A stretch of DNA of 64,000 nt. It comes from Octopus vulgaris. Its lineage: Eukaryota. Positions 26,913-43,144 of this stretch are shown one piece after another. The translations under genes were made by a program, and so were the position numbers. Every line of letters starts with the position of its first letter. Positions within the stretch are counted from its first letter, which is position 1. The DNA lies in contig OX597834.1 of the NCBI GenBank assembly GCA_951406725.2, forward strand, positions 37,076,001-37,140,000. Direction: 5' to 3'. The notes beneath the pieces are model-generated. The model searched no databases. It saw only the letters and a list, made by a program, of their open reading frames with translations, and was not told the DNA's origin.

Positions 26913-28096
26913 GATGATGATGATGATGATGAAGCTAAAAGTATTTCGCTTCAACCAGGTCAATTTATAAACCATTATCGGGCAAATGAAATTCTTCCAA
27001 ACTCTAGTTAGGATTATTTACTTTCGAAATTACTTTTCGCTCATCAAATTTTCTGAGTTTTTTTTTTGTTTTTCTTTCAAAATTGTTGCTGTTGTTTGAT
27101 TCTAGCTCAGCCATAATCTAGAAAACCGACATTAACAATAAGTGGCACTCCGTCGCTTGCGACGACGAGGGTTCCAGTTGATCCGATCAACGGAACACCC
27201 TGCCGTTAAATTAACGTGCAATTGGCTAAGCACTCCACACTCACGTTCCTCTCAGGGAGATTCAGCGTGGCACAGAATGTGGCAAGGCTGGCACTTTGAA
27301 AAACAGGTACTACTAATACACCAGACAGAGGCATCACAACCATATGAGCGCAACATGGTAATCTCACATCAAGATAAAAAGTACATGACTTTGCAGGTTA
27401 GTATTTTCTTCTGGTCGAGTAGCCCATCCCGCTCAAAAGGTCCCTGAATAAGGGTTGTTCAAGGATGTGGAACGAAACACCCATGTTTCCAGTGGTGAAT
27501 TATTCAAATCCAAAAGAATTCCCTCTCAACACATGGCTATGATGCTCTCCCATTACTTCTGCTCGTGATCAGAGATGCACATATCGTCAGCCAATAAGGG
27601 ACATGCTCAACTGGCTAAGGTCAAACAACTGACAAGCAAGCCTGTGGTATTGAGCAGAATATTTGCTGTAGCCCATCTTTTATACCAAAACAATGTGCAT
27701 GATAACACTTCCAATCAGTTAAGATCAGAAGCCATGAGAGCCACCGTCTGATACTGCATCAGGACATTTATTATTATTATTATGATTGTCATCATCATCA
27801 TCATCATCATTATTATTATTATTATTGTTGTTGTTATTGTTGTTGTTGTTGTTAGTAGTAATAGTAGTAGCAGCTGCAGTAGTAGTAGCAGTAGTAGTAG
27901 TAGTAGTTGTAATAGTAGTAGCAGCAGCAGCAGCAGCAGCAGAAGCAGCAACAGCACTAGTAGTAGTAGTAGTAGTAGCAGTAGTAGTATTAGTAGTAGA
28001 ATTTGTTGTTGTTGTGTTGTTGTTACCGTAGCGGTGATGGTGGTGTTGGTGGTGGCCATTGTCGAAATGACAGAGGCCATACTAACTGGCTCATTG

Positions 28097-29310
28097 GATT
28101 CGAACTAGGAAGCTTTATTTCTAGAACTTGAAGATAGAAACGCCACGCTGATCATAAATATACATCCAGCGAGCAGAAACCTGATGATCATTGCCGAAAT
28201 CTAATGAATCATTTTGTAAATTATTCACTGTTAAGAAGAATGCTTATCAGATATCGAACTGTTTCGAACGCTGTCTAGACATAATTAGTATGGCTAAAAT
28301 AAACTGACGAGATAACGATCAGATATTCAACATATTGAAAAGTAGTGAGGTTGTAAATCTAAAACTACAATATTACAATGATAAGATTAACAGTATCTCT
28401 GTATCTTGAGAAGTCTTAAAACGAAAAGAAAGCGAGAAAGTTACATAGTTCGCTTCTTTTCTCGTTTGATATAATTCAATATAATTTAACATAGCTTGAC
28501 TGTTTGTCAGAAGATAAGCATTCCCCCCACAACTATAGCTACAAGAATTTATTATTTAGCAAGCACATCCTTCAATTGAGTTACGGTTGGTTCTCAAACC
28601 TGCAAAGAAGCATTAAGAGTAGACTCGGAGACATATATCTAATGAAAGCTGTTCTTGCAAAAACAACAATACTGACACTCAAAGATGTTCTACTTCTGTT
28701 TAGTAGATTATACACACACACATTCATACTTACGTACATATATATATATCACGTGAGCGACTGGGCTATCAAATGTTGTTACACATCGGTGGTCACAATA
28801 CGCTTTGACATTGTTTACATTCTTCAAATGACTCCACCCAGTTCGATATCTGATAAGCATTCTTCTTAACAGTGAATAATTTACAAAATGATTCATTAGA
28901 TTTCGGCAATGATCATCAGGTTTCTGCTCGCTGGATGTATATTTATGATCAGCGTGGCGTTTCTATCTTCAAGTTCTAGAAATAAAGCTTCCTGGTTCGA
29001 ATCCAGACAGCAGTTGCGTATGTAATATCAAACCGGGGGAATACTATCCAGCAACATATACGATGTGAAAGAAAATTTTCAAACATGTTGTTTTAATAAA
29101 CTGTTAAATATTAAAGATATCCGTTAAGATCTCCATTTCCTTCTGGTCTTGAAATAGAAAAGAAAATAGCATTGGCTTCTCCTGACAGTGTAAAAGAGAA
29201 AGAGCAGTAAAAGCTTCTGGTTCCTTCGACGATGGAAGAAGATGGTTTCTCGAGACTCAGGAAGGACATTACAACCGTGATATAATACATGAAATATTTC
29301 GTGGGCAATT
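28097..29310. mobile_element. Degenerate LINE endonuclease-like fragment with internal inverted duplication
   Basis: EALFLELEDRNATLIINIHP...NLMIIAEI...CLDII loosely resembles APE-endonuclease motifs; 28097-28261 is inverted at 28839-29005. Confidence 0.4.
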
Positions 29311-29465
29311 ATACCTTAAGAGTTGATTGGAAGACACACGCACCACACAGACAGACACGCACACACACGCATACGCACACACACACACATACACAAACAC
29401 ATTAATATGGATATGTTTATGTGAGCGCATATACGTCTCTTTTCTTGCGTGTGTGCATATATATA

Positions 29466-29496
<31 letters not shown>

Positions 29497-29503
29497 GTAT
29501 ACA

Positions 29504-29569
<66 letters not shown>

Positions 29570-29571
29570 CA

Positions 29572-29655
<84 letters not shown>

Positions 29656-29710
29656 CGTACATACATACATATATATGTATATATACATATATATCAAACT
29701 CACACACAAA

Positions 29711-29742
<32 letters not shown>

Positions 29743-30107
29743 CTCATATATATAGATATACATATATATGTATAAACATATATAAAGTAATGTGTACGTA
29801 TGTCTGTGTATATTATACGCACGCATGTATACACACATATATATTAAGTGTGTGTGTGCGTGCATGTATGTATGCGCGCGCGCGCGCGTGTGTGTGTATG
29901 TGTGTGTGTGTGTGTGTAATTTCTGACACACCATTATAATTTATCAGATGAAGACGTTTCTGATTTTGGACATAAACTCAATTACATTATATTGATTTCG
30001 CTTCAGAAATTAGCTCAATAATATTGTTAATTCTTCTATAGACCACATATCACAGAGAACTTGACCTCGCCTCACTACACTGTCCTCCTATACCATACAT
30101 ACATACA

Positions 30108-30365
30108 TGTGGCCTAGTGGTCAGGCTGTTGAGCTCGCGATCGCTAGATCGTGGGTTCGATCCTCTCAGATTGGGCGGCGCGTTGCTTTCTTGAGCAAAA
30201 TACTTAATTTCACGTTGCTCCAGGCCGCACCCGCATTCGTTCAGTAGGGGAGTATAGTTCTGCTTGCCTAGCCAGCAGGGTGGAGTCATTTGAAGAATGT
30301 AAACAATGTCAAAGCGCATTGTGACCACCGATGTGTAACATCTGATAGCCCGGTCGCTCACCTGA
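30108..30365 (+). mobile_element. tRNA-derived SINE
   Basis: A-box-like TGGCCTAGTGG and B-box-like GGTTCGATCC followed by a SINE body. Confidence 0.7.
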
Positions 30366-30399
30366 TATATATGTATGTACGTAAGTATGAATGTGTGTG

Positions 30400-31205
<806 letters not shown>

Positions 31206-31224
31206 TAATTATAAAAATATAATT

Positions 31225-31781
31225 AGATCGACCCAGTACACAACTGGTACTTGTTTTATCGACCTCGAAAGGATGAAATATAAAGTAGACCGCAGCGGAA
31301 TTTGAACTCCGAACGTAACGGTAGATGAAATATTGCTAAGTATTTCGCCCGGCGTGCTAACGATTCTGCCAGTTCACCGCCTTAAATAATAATCTTTTCT
31401 GTCATAGGCACGAGGCCTGAAATTCTGGGGGAGGAGTCCAGTCGATAAGATCGATCCCAGTACGCAACTGGTACTTAATTTATCGACCCCGAAAAGATGA
31501 AAGGCAAAGTCGACCTCGGTGGAATTTGAACTCATAACGTAAAGGCAGACGAAATACCCATTTCTTTACTACCCACAAGGGGCTAAACACAGAGAGGACG
31601 AACAAGGACAGACAAACGGATTAAGTCGATTATATCGATCCCAGTGCGTAACTGGTACTTATTTAATCGACCCCGAAAGGATGAAAGGCCAAGCGGACCT
31701 CGGCGGAATTTGAACTCAGAACGTAACGGCAGACGAAATACAGCTACGCATACAGCTAACCTTTCTGCCAGCTCGTCGCTT
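31225..31781 (-). mobile_element. SINE family A copies (monomer plus dimer)
   Basis: Same core as the other family A copies. Confidence 0.8.
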
Positions 31782-31825
31782 TGAAGGAAATATACTAATT
31801 TTCCTTCTGGTAAAATAGTATTGGT

Positions 31826-32135
31826 GGAGGCGCAGTGGCCCAGTGGTTAGGGCAGCGGACTCGCAGTCGGGGGATCGCGGTTTCGATTCCCAGACCGGGC
31901 GTTATGTGTGTTTATTGAGCGAAAACACCTAAACGCTCCACGAAGCTCCGGCAGCGGGTGGTGGCGACCCCTGTTGTACTCTTTCACCATAAATTTCTCT
32001 CATTCCCTCTTCCTGTTTCTTGAGTAACACTGCGATGGACTGGCGTCCCGTCCAACTGGGGTGGGGGGGAGACATACGCCATAGAAACCGGGAAACCGGG
32101 CCCATGAGCCTGGCTAGGCTTGAAAAAGGCGCATA
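31826..32135 (+). mobile_element. tRNA-derived SINE family C
   Basis: ggaggcgcagtggcccagtggttagggcagcggactcg...ggtttcgattccc with A/B boxes and an A-rich tail. Confidence 0.85.
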
Positions 32136-32280
32136 AATAAAAATAATAAAACAGATAGTATTGACATGTTAAGAAGCTCTTTTCGTAACCACAACGGTTT
32201 CGGGTTCAATTCCACTGCCCAACACCTTGGCGTTGAGAGGGATTTTGGTAGACGGAAACTGAAAGAAGCCCATAATATAT

Positions 32281-32369
<89 letters not shown>

Positions 32370-32750
32370 TGTATATATGAAAGGCTACTTGTCGCCATTC
32401 TTCAGGGAGAAAAGTTTGGCCGCGTTACTGTGAAGTTGTTCTATTAACACCTGTTCTCTTAAGCGGGCTTTTCTATCGGCTTCAGACTCCAGTTTCCGTC
32501 ATTTCTGCTCTGGGGTCTCTTGTTCATTTATCAGCATATATACCCACCCCAGTGTGCACAATTCACTCGTGTGTGCGTGTGTGCTTGTGTTTGAGCGCCC
32601 ACCACCGCCGGTTAACAACCGTTGTTGGTCTCTTTACGTCTCTCTCACTTAGTGGTTCAGCAAAATGTCGTGTTGCAAGAACCAAGCCTGAAAACTAAAC
32701 GTGTAAGGGGAGGGGGTCGGTTAGTTGGACGACAATTCTTCAATGTATTG

Positions 32751-32784
<34 letters not shown>

Positions 32785-33504
32785 TGTATGTATGTATGTA
32801 TGTATGTATGTATGTATGTGTGTGTATGTATGTAAGTATGTATGTGTGAGAGTATGTATGTATATATGTGTGAGTATGTATGTATGTGTGAGTGTATGCA
32901 TGTATATGTATGTATGCATGTGTGAATGTATGTATATATGTATGTATATATGTGTATGTATGCATGTGTGAGTGTATGCATGTATACATGTATATATGTA
33001 TGAATGTATGTATGAATGTATGTTTGTGTGTATGTGTGTGTGCTTATGCATGTATATGTGAGTATGTATGTATGTATGTATGTACGAAATATGAATTATT
33101 TTTGCATGCATGCATGTTTGTATGTGTGAATATATGTACGTATATATGTATATATATATATGTGTATGCACGTGCATGTATGTATGCCTGTATAAACACA
33201 TACACACTCACACCTACACTTGGACAACGCACACACTATACTAAAATACTAATAATAATTTTTCGATGGTAGACTTTCTAAACACGTGACAGCTTGTGTG
33301 CTCAATATTCTTTTTCTCTCTCAGATTCCTTTTTATTGATTTAACTCTGATATATTTTTGTCATTTCTTGATAATTATCACTAGAAATCTGTGAAGCAAC
33401 CAGTAATGTAAGGGGAATAACTCTTGTTACTTTTTTCGCGCCTTTGTGTGCATGTGCGTGTGTGACTGTGAACATACACACATACATACATACACATATT
33501 TTAC

Positions 33505-33913
33505 TCTTTACTCTTTTACTTGTTTCAGTCATTTGACTGCGGCCATGCTGTAGCACCGCCATTAGTCGAGCAAATTGTGTCCAGGACTTATTCTTTGTGA
33601 GCCTAGTACTTAGTCTATCGGCCTCTTACGCTGAACCGCTAAGTTAGGGGGACGTAAACACACCAGCATCGGTTGTCAAGCGATGCTGGGGAAGGGGGAG
33701 AAACACAGATACACAAACATACTCACACACACATACATACATACATACATACATACATACATACACACACACACATACATACATACATATACATACATAC
33801 ATACATACATACATACATACATACATACATACACACATACATGCATGCATACATACATACATACATACATATATACATACATACATACATACATACATAC
33901 ATACATACATACA

Positions 33914-33947
<34 letters not shown>

Positions 33948-34762
33948 CATACATACATACATATATACGACGGGCTTCTTTCAGTTTCTGTCAACCAAAT
34001 CTAGTCACAAGGCCTTGGATGCCCGAGGCTATAGTAGAAGGTGCTACGCAGTGGGACTGAACTCGGAACCATGTGGTTGGTAAGCCAGCTACTTACCACA
34101 CAGCCACTCCTGCACCTATATATATATATTCATATGCACACACACACATATATACATACATGTATACATGTATATATACATAAATACACGTACATAGATA
34201 TATACCTACATACATACATACATACATACATACATACACACACGCATAAACACGTACATACATACATACATACACACATACATACATACATACTTCAATA
34301 TATAAATACATATATACATACATACATGCATTCATACATTCAAACATCCATCCATCCATCCATCCATCCATCCATACATACATACATACATACATGCATA
34401 CATACATACGTACGTACGTACGTACATACATACATACATACATACATACATACATACATACGTACGTACGTACATACATACATACATACATACATACATA
34501 CATACATACATACATACATACATACATACATACGTACGTACGTACATACATACATACATACATACATACATACATACATACGTACATACATACATACATA
34601 CATACATACATACGACGGGCTTCTTTCAGTTTCTGACAACCAAATCGAGTCACAAGGCCTTGGATGCCCGAGGCTATAGTAGAAGGTGCTACGCAGTGGA
34701 ACTAAACGCGGAACCATGTGGTTGGTAAGCAAGCTACTTACCACACAGCCACTCCTGCGCCT
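33505..34762 (-). mobile_element. SINE family B with (TACA)n expansion and tandem-duplicated 5' half
   Basis: Head halves at 33967-34118 and 34613-34762 share private variants (ccttggatgcccgaggctatagtagaaggtgctacg). Confidence 0.8.
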
Positions 34763-34768
34763 ATACAT

Positions 34769-34820
<52 letters not shown>

Positions 34821-35274
34821 TTGTTTATTTATTTATTCATGTGCACACACACACATATATACATACATGTATACATGTATATACACATAAATACACGTAC
34901 ATGCGTGCATTCATACATACATACATACATACATACATGCATACATACATACATACATGTATACATACATACATATATACATACATGCATACATACATAC
35001 ATACATACATACATACATACATTCATACATACATGCATACATACATACATATATACATACATACATACATACATACATACATGTATACATACATACATAT
35101 ATACATACATGCATACATGTATACATACATACATACATACATACACACATACACATACATACATACATACATACATACATACATACATACATACATACAT
35201 ACATACATACATACATACATACATACATACATACATACATACATACATACATACATACATACATACATACATAG

Positions 35275-36960
35275 TCCCGGTTGCATCGGGCTCCTATTAT
35301 TTAACAGAATCGTAGAAGAGAGAACGGAGAAGATTCGTAAAACTTGGCCATCGCGTGACTGGACTGCCAAAATCCCTTCGATAATATGCCTGATGGACGG
35401 ATTATCAGGGATGATGGCCGTGGTCCTAAATCTGTTTTGACGTCATATGAAGCACGTTTTGTGATAATCAAGCGACAATTGCGGCCGAGGAAAGAGACAA
35501 GTTAACCTTCTTGTTCAAGATTGCCATCATAAAATCAACAACATAATTGAGAATAACCAACGGACTTAAGGAGAGGATTGAAATAAGAGCTGATATATAT
35601 CTTTCCCCAAGGAAGATTGGTGAATTTCAGTTATCAAAAGAAAAAAATAATACTGAGAAGATAGTGCATGAGTACTTGGCTGGACCACACAAAATAGAAG
35701 GAATTGATCTGATCAGGTTTGAGTAACGAGAAGTTTCTGACGTTCCACTTCGAAAGCAATCTCAGTGTCGTTCGGGAAGAAGTGACTCACACCAAATACC
35801 TGTTGCATAAAATGCAGAAAACATTGAGAATGTGAGGTGTGTACTACCAAGACTGAAGACTTGAATCACATTATTGCCACCTATCCTTTCAGGATCGATA
35901 AAATATGTACCAGTCGAGTATTGTGGTTGATGTAACTGACTCGTCCCCTTTCCCGAAATTTCCGGCCTTGTGTCTAAATTAGAAAAGATTATTGCCACCT
36001 CCGAGAGTATGTCGTCCAGGTATTATATTCCTATGAGGCATAATGTGTTGGCCAGAATAATTTGAAACAGGATAACAAAAAAAAAAAGAAAAAGAAAAAG
36101 AAAAAAGCTGAAACGACCAACAGACGAAGTTGATTATACGGAGACTGATTGGTCGAAAGAGTATTGGAGGAACTTAAAAATCAAAACAGCCACCAATTTA
36201 GAAACACAAACAGCGAGATTTTATTGTGAGGAACCACAAAGAAAAGATAGGTTCCGTTGTGGAAATCAGCGGTCCGCTGGATGGCAATGTGGTTAGAAAA
36301 TGGAGGACAAAGAGGATGTCTGTAGACCATTGATGAAGAGACTAAAAACTCCGTAGCAAAGTTAGACTTTCAGCTTTATACCTACAATTATTGGAGCAAC
36401 AGCATACAAACCAACGAGTCTGGAGAAAAATGTGATTGGATTTGGATTCTTAGGAAGAGAATGCAACTCCTTAATCTTCTTCTTTCTTTTTCACTCCGTC
36501 GGTTACGACGACGAGGGTTCCGGTTGATCCGAATCAACAGAACAGCCTGCTCGTGAAATTAACGTGTAAGTGGCTGAGCACTCCACAGACACGTGTACCC
36601 TTAACATAGTTCTCGGGGATATTCAGCGTGACACAGAGAGTGACAAGGCCGGCCCTTTGAAATACAGGTACAACAGAAACAGGAAGTAAGAGTGAGAGAA
36701 AGTTGTGGTGAAAGAGTACAGCAGGGATCACCACCATCCCCTGCCGGAGCCTCGTGGAGCTTTTAGGTGTTTTCGCTCAATAAACACTCACAACGCCCGG
36801 TCTGGGAATCGAAACCGCGTTCCTACGACCGCGAGTCCGCTGCCCTAATCACTGGGCCACTGCGCCTCCACGCAACTCCTTAATACATACAAAACAAATG
36901 AACACGATATAAGAGACGATCGGTATTTGCATAAGATCTTCATAAGATTTAAAGAATAAG
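35275..36960 (+). mobile_element. Degenerate R4/Dong-like (restriction-like endonuclease) LINE fragment interrupted by SINEs
   Basis: Broken peptides such as VEISGPLDGNVVRK and FSFIPTIIGATAY resemble the RLE-type C-terminus; many stops. Confidence 0.5.
36495..36870 (-). mobile_element. SINE family C, full length with TSD-like flanks
   Basis: Reverse of the 31826 head; gcaactccttaat occurs on both sides (~36463 and ~36872). Confidence 0.85.
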
Positions 36961-37070
36961 AAACAAAATAAGATGCTTTCCTTCGCGACCTTGCTACCAA
37001 GTAGGAAGTAGGGAGCAGTTTAAAGATAAACTCTGCACTATAAACAACAAGAGATTACTTCCATGCACAC

Positions 37071-37109
<39 letters not shown>

Positions 37110-37123
37110 TGTATATACGTATT

Positions 37124-37157
<34 letters not shown>

Positions 37158-37431
37158 CGCATACATATAGAGATAAATAGACAGACAGACAGATATAGAT
37201 ATACCCGTATATACAGCGATACATACACGTACGAACACAATGAACTGATAGTCTGCCATTTGTAACGTATGAGTGAATACATTTATATATGTGTGTATAT
37301 ATATATGTGTGTATATATATATGTGTGTGTGTATGCATGTATATGCATATATATAGATATATATATATATATACATACATACATATATATATAAATATAT
37401 ATATATATGTATATATATATATATGTATATG

Positions 37432-37489
<58 letters not shown>

Positions 37490-37532
37490 GAAATGAGGTA
37501 CTCATATATATATATGTATATATATGTGTATG

Positions 37533-37618
<86 letters not shown>

Positions 37619-38012
37619 CGTAATTCTCATCTAAAGTATTGCTAAACATGTATAAGCGGCAGTTGTGGCTTCTTCCGGATATCTTAATATACTTCGATGC
37701 CACACGCACACACGTGTGGACAGCAGCTGGCGAGTAAGTAGAGATTTATTGTAACAATGTATTTATATAGGGCTTTGCCTAGGGGTCACGACTTGTATGT
37801 ATGTATGTATTTATGTATGTATGAGTAAATTTTATGTAAATTTCTGTCCATGTATGTACGTATATATCTATGTTTATACTGATGTATGTATACATGGGTG
37901 GATGTATATGTACCTGTTTATATGTGTATGGTTGTGTGTGTGTATTGTGCGTGTGTTTGTAAATTGTCCATCACTAGATAAGTGCTTCCCCATGACTAAG
38001 AGTTGTTCTGAC

Positions 38013-38057
<45 letters not shown>

Positions 38058-38059
38058 AT

Positions 38060-38096
<37 letters not shown>

Positions 38097-38125
38097 CATG
38101 TATGTATGTATATATGTACGTATGC

Positions 38126-38194
<69 letters not shown>

Positions 38195-38197
38195 TAT

Positions 38198-38597
38198 AGG
38201 CGCAGGAGTGGCTGTGTGGTAAGTAGCTTGCTAACCAATCACATGGTTCCGGGTTCAGTCCCACTGCGTGGCATCTCGGACAAGTGTCTTCTGCTTTAGC
38301 TCCGGGCCGACCAATGCCTTGTGAGTGAATATGGTAGTCGGAAACTGAAAGAAGCCTGTCGTATATATGTATGTGTGTGTGTATGTGTTTGCGTGTCTGT
38401 GTGTGTCACCTTAGCATTGCTTGATAACCGATGCTGGTGTGTTTACGTCCCCATCACTTAGCGGTTCGGCAAAAGAGACCGATAGAATAAGTACTGGGCT
38501 TACAAAAAGAATAAGTCCCGGGGTCGATTTGCTCGATTAAAGGCGGTGCTCCAGCATGGCCGCAGTCAAATGACTGAAACAAGTAAAAGAGTAAAAG
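38198..38597 (+). mobile_element. SINE family B, full length
   Basis: tRNA-like head (tggctgtgtggtaag...gggttcagtccc), central (TG)n, tail ggcggtgctccagcatggccgcagtcaaatgactgaaacaagtaaaaga; flanked by (TA)n. Confidence 0.9.
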
Positions 38598-38989
38598 ATA
38601 TATATATATATATATATATATACAGAGAGAGAGAGGGACAGAGAGAAATATCAGATCAAAAGATCAAGATGTAGGAAGAAAGTTAGCTTCAAGCAATCCG
38701 TAATAAATATACAAAGCAACTTTGAGGGACGATGGTGGTTTACTAAGACGGAAGTCTGTGAATTTTTTTCTTATCCAAATATGATAAACTGTAAAAAGTT
38801 CATTTTATATTTGCACGGCACGCGACCAGGGCTGCTGAGAATGCGAATAAGAATAGAAGAGTAAAGGATAAGATCCCGGCTACATATATTTCATAGCAAG
38901 CGGAACCTCAGAAGTGGTAAATATCCGAATGAGGAGTATAGTACAAGGTACGCTTCAGGCCAAAGACGTCTTGATTAAATGAAAGCTGT

Positions 38990-39036
<47 letters not shown>

Positions 39037-39148
39037 ATCTATATATATATATTTATATATATATAGATAGATAGGTAGATAGAAAGATAGATAGACAGAC
39101 AGACAGATAGATAGACAGATAGATAGACAGACAGATAGACAGACAGAC

Positions 39149-39230
<82 letters not shown>

Positions 39231-39349
39231 GATAGATAGATATTCTTTTGCTTGTTTTAGTCATTTAACTGCGACTTTGCCGGAGCACCGCGTTTAGTCT
39301 TGAAATTTTAAATATTATTTATGTAACGCATGCACTTATTATTATTCGA

Positions 39350-39393
<44 letters not shown>

Positions 39394-40090
39394 TCACTGC
39401 CTGAAACCGAACTCAGAATCTTGAGGTTAGTAGCCCGCGCTCTTAACCACGACACCATATGCCCACGGACATATGGCGTATGAATCATATTTATTGGGGA
39501 TGGCGTTAATAGAGGCACATTCACATTGCCTTTAAAAAAGTTGTCATTGTGTATTTTGTTACTTTTACAATCTATCTGGAGCTAATTCCCTTTACTGCTG
39601 CTCTTTAATATCAATTTCCATGACAATCAATTAAGTAATTAATGGTATTATTCATTAATGAAACTGTGATAGACAGTTCTACGGAGACCCTCTGGATTAT
39701 TTCCTTCGCAACATTTCTTCTGCCCTATGACGTCACACCGAACATAAATCAACGTGAAAACTATAATTCTTCCTTTCTAGAAACCAGTCCCGTCTCTCTG
39801 CTTGTCCCATGAACTTCTAAGTCCTTCTACAGAAAACGTACGGCTGCCGTCGCCTTTGGGAAGTAATGGTATCTCAGTTACAAATGTTTGATACTCTGAC
39901 CACTACAAAGGAAGGCCGACCGTCTGTGACTCCTCGCTGCAGAATCAGAAGCAAGCATTTCTGTAAGTTCATAAAGAAAAACTTCTCGAATTCCTATATT
40001 TTCATAGTTAATAGCTTTGACAAATTTTAATCTGCCTTTCGACCAAATCTTCCATAAAGATTTAGTAATTAGGTATTCAACAGGGGTTTG

Positions 40091-40129
<39 letters not shown>

Positions 40130-41286
40130 TGTGTGTGTCTGTGTTTTTGTATAAAACCAGTCTCATGTCTCTACAACACCGGGCTGTCAGATTGGTCTCT
40201 TAACGGTTGATTACGCTACCTTTCAAACCTGCACGCTAATAATGATTTTCTATTAAGTTCATCCTCATCGTTATTTCAAAATTTTATATTTACAGATAAA
40301 ACTCCTGTTGTCAGGTTACTAAGTACATAAACTAGAACCGACCCACTTAAATGTAATCCTTGTGATTTTCTATCAAAATTTACATTCCCAGCTGTTTTCT
40401 AAAGCAATCAGAAAATTTACAGAAAAACAATATTTTTATATTACTGTTTATGAAAATAGCAAACTTCTCAGCATAAAGCAATTATTACGGTCTCAACATA
40501 TGATCTCAGATCAAATCCCTTGTCAAACTGGAACAATTCTGAAATCTTTAACTGGTCCAGCGTTAATTAAGCTGAGAATTTTTGATATCAATAGAAAAAT
40601 AATTGCCTGGCTTGTTATAACTGTTTCTATGTTTAGAATTTGTAAAGTTTGATCGGCCTGCAATAATTTAATTGAGTCTATTTTTTGATGTTGTCACAAT
40701 ATTTATTATGTTTATGCTTTTTTTCCGCAAGAAATTTGAGAATTTTTATTATGCATTTATTCTTCAAGAAATCGGTAATTTCTTTTTCTAGATATAGCAT
40801 TTTTTATACAGGGTGCCGTAAAATTTCCAGTCACTACCAAAAATTTATGACGATACTTGATAAAATTATCAACATACTTATAGATTTACAAGACTAAAAT
40901 AACTAGGTTCTGTGTTGTTGCTCAAATTTACTAAAAATAACAGCCAAGTCTTGCTTTTGTTACATTTATTCAAACCCCAAAGAATCCCTCTCAACACATG
41001 GCTACGATGCTCCCTCACTACTCCTACTTTTGATGAGAAATGCACAAATTTTCAGTCTCTAAAGGACATGTTCAGTTTGTTACGGTCAAACAAGTGACAT
41101 GCAAATTTGTGGTATTGAGCAGAATATTTGCTATAACAATATTTCTGCTTCAGTAACTCAGAGCTGAATCTATCTGAAATGAAATGGAAAATAGGTCAGT
41201 TTCAAAATCATTGATGTCCAAATCAGAAAAGCAAAGTTTGAAGGGAATAGTAGTCACTTCCTTTGATTTCTAGATAGAAGCAAATA

Positions 41287-41679
41287 TTTATATATAAAAG
41301 TAAGGTTCTGTGTCTGTCTACTCCGATTTAGAGTCCTAACTACTCCCACATTTTGCGGTGCAGTTTAACCAAAACCGCGTATCTTATAGTCGTGATTCAT
41401 ATCGAGCCCTTCTGGGTATTAGCGCGCGTCTACGATGAGTCTACGATTTAAAAAATAATTTACCATCATTTTTTTCCATTTTAATGCATATTTTTTTAAT
41501 ATAAGGGAAGTAACTCTCTAAAAATGTCTGCGATGAGTCAACGATTTAAAAAAAAAATTTACCATCATATTTTTTCCATTTTTAATGCATTTCTTTGCTA
41601 TTTTTTGGCTAGAACTCTCTAAAAATGCTTTATAGTTATTTCCCTTACAAACCCGAGCAACGCCGGGCGATACTGCTAG
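41287..41679 (+). mobile_element. Non-autonomous Helitron-like element
   Basis: 5' TATATAAAA start; subterminal hairpin CCCGAGCAACGCCGGG (41652-41667) followed by CTAG|T at 41676-41680; internal direct repeat; no TIRs. Confidence 0.75.
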
Positions 41680-42896
41680 TAGGAAATAAAACATACTAGT
41701 CAAGAACTGGGCTATTATGCCGGACAAAAATGCTTAGCAGCATTTCTTCCGGCTCTCTACATTCTGAGTTGAAATGCTTTCGAGGTTGACTTTGGAGACG
41801 ATGTAATCGACTTCACCCACAAAAAAAATTGCTGGCCTTGTGCAAAAATTTGAAACCATTATGATTCTCACGCTCATTCTCTCTCTCTCTCTCTCTCTCT
41901 CCGTTTTTCCTCTTCCTCTCCCTCTCTCACTCACTCTCTCAGAATCAAACATACTATGTTGTGAGAGGGTCGTGCAGAAGCGCTGTTTGTGCCTTACCAC
42001 TAAGAAAAGGGAAGTGGAATTTAATAAAGAGCTAGTAATTTCTTGTCAAGAAGGGAGCTACAAAACCTGACCATCTCTCCACTCTCCCAACCCTTATAAA
42101 ACATCCTAGGCATGGACTGACCGGTGTACTCTAAAGTAGAATATATTTTTAAAACCGCACCTCTTTCTTCAAGATCTGCTACTCTCACCATTGCCACCAC
42201 CAACACTATTGTTTCCTTTTCTGAGACCTAGTATACTCCCGCTCTATCCAATCCTAAAGCTAATCCAAACCCTAACATTTTCGTTCTTGCTTATCCTCCA
42301 TATTATGTTCCACTCGACAAATCTTCTATTCAAAATGACCAAACAGGGTCATGGAGCGAACTCTATAAAACAACACCTCTAGAATTCTTCTTCTTCTTCT
42401 TCTTCAAATTCTTCTTCTTCAAATTCTTCAATTTCTCCAAATTCTTCTTCTTCTTCTTCTTCTTCTTCTTCTTCTTCTTCTTCTTCTTCTTCTTCTTCTT
42501 CTTCTTCTTCTTCTTCTTCTTCTTCTTCAAATTCTTCAAATTCTTCTTCAAATTCTTCTTCAAATTCTCCTTCTTCAAATTCTTCAAATTCTCCAAATTC
42601 TTCTTCTTCTTCTTCTTCTTCTTCTTCTTCTTCTTCTTCTTCTTCTTTACAAACTCGTTAAATCTGAAGATCTAAAGATCTAAGCACTCAAAACTATAAG
42701 AGCAGAAGGACTTACAAGGGGGGGGGTCGATGCCCACCTCTCACTTTCTCTTACATTTTCCTCCGAATGAATAAGTAATTAAATCAAAAAATAATTCCAG
42801 TCTTGCAATTTTCCCATTATATATATTTATGAATGTTCAATCGTGACTTTTTGCATTTGGTAGGTCCTCAAAATCTTTGTAAGGAGAACGTGCTGA

Positions 42897-42957
<61 letters not shown>

Positions 42958-43100
42958 AGGCGAGAAGCTTGCAAAATCGACCGGAGGAAATAACTAGCGG
43001 CATTTCTGGCTTTGCGTTCTGAGTTCAAATACTCTTGGGGTTAGTAGCCCTTACTCTTAACCACTACGCCATATGCCCGTATGTTCGAAATTTCCGCAAG

Positions 43101-43144
43101 ACACCTGATGAAGGCTGGAGGGCATGTCAGCCGAAGCGTTGTGT
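43101..43144 (+). ncRNA. Minimal hammerhead motif with core substitution (GAAA>GAAG)
   Basis: ACAC-CTGATGA-aGGCTG..CAGCC-GAAG-CG-TT-GTGT. Confidence 0.55.

Noticed and set aside
28181-28215. CTGATGA...GAAA hammerhead-like motif (mirrored near 28890-28920)
   Set aside because: Helices I and III do not pair properly, and it lies in a LINE-like coding relic.
31826-31895. tRNA-like sequence (also 30108, 36800-36870, 38198)
   Set aside because: SINE heads that continue into SINE bodies; no complete cloverleaf.
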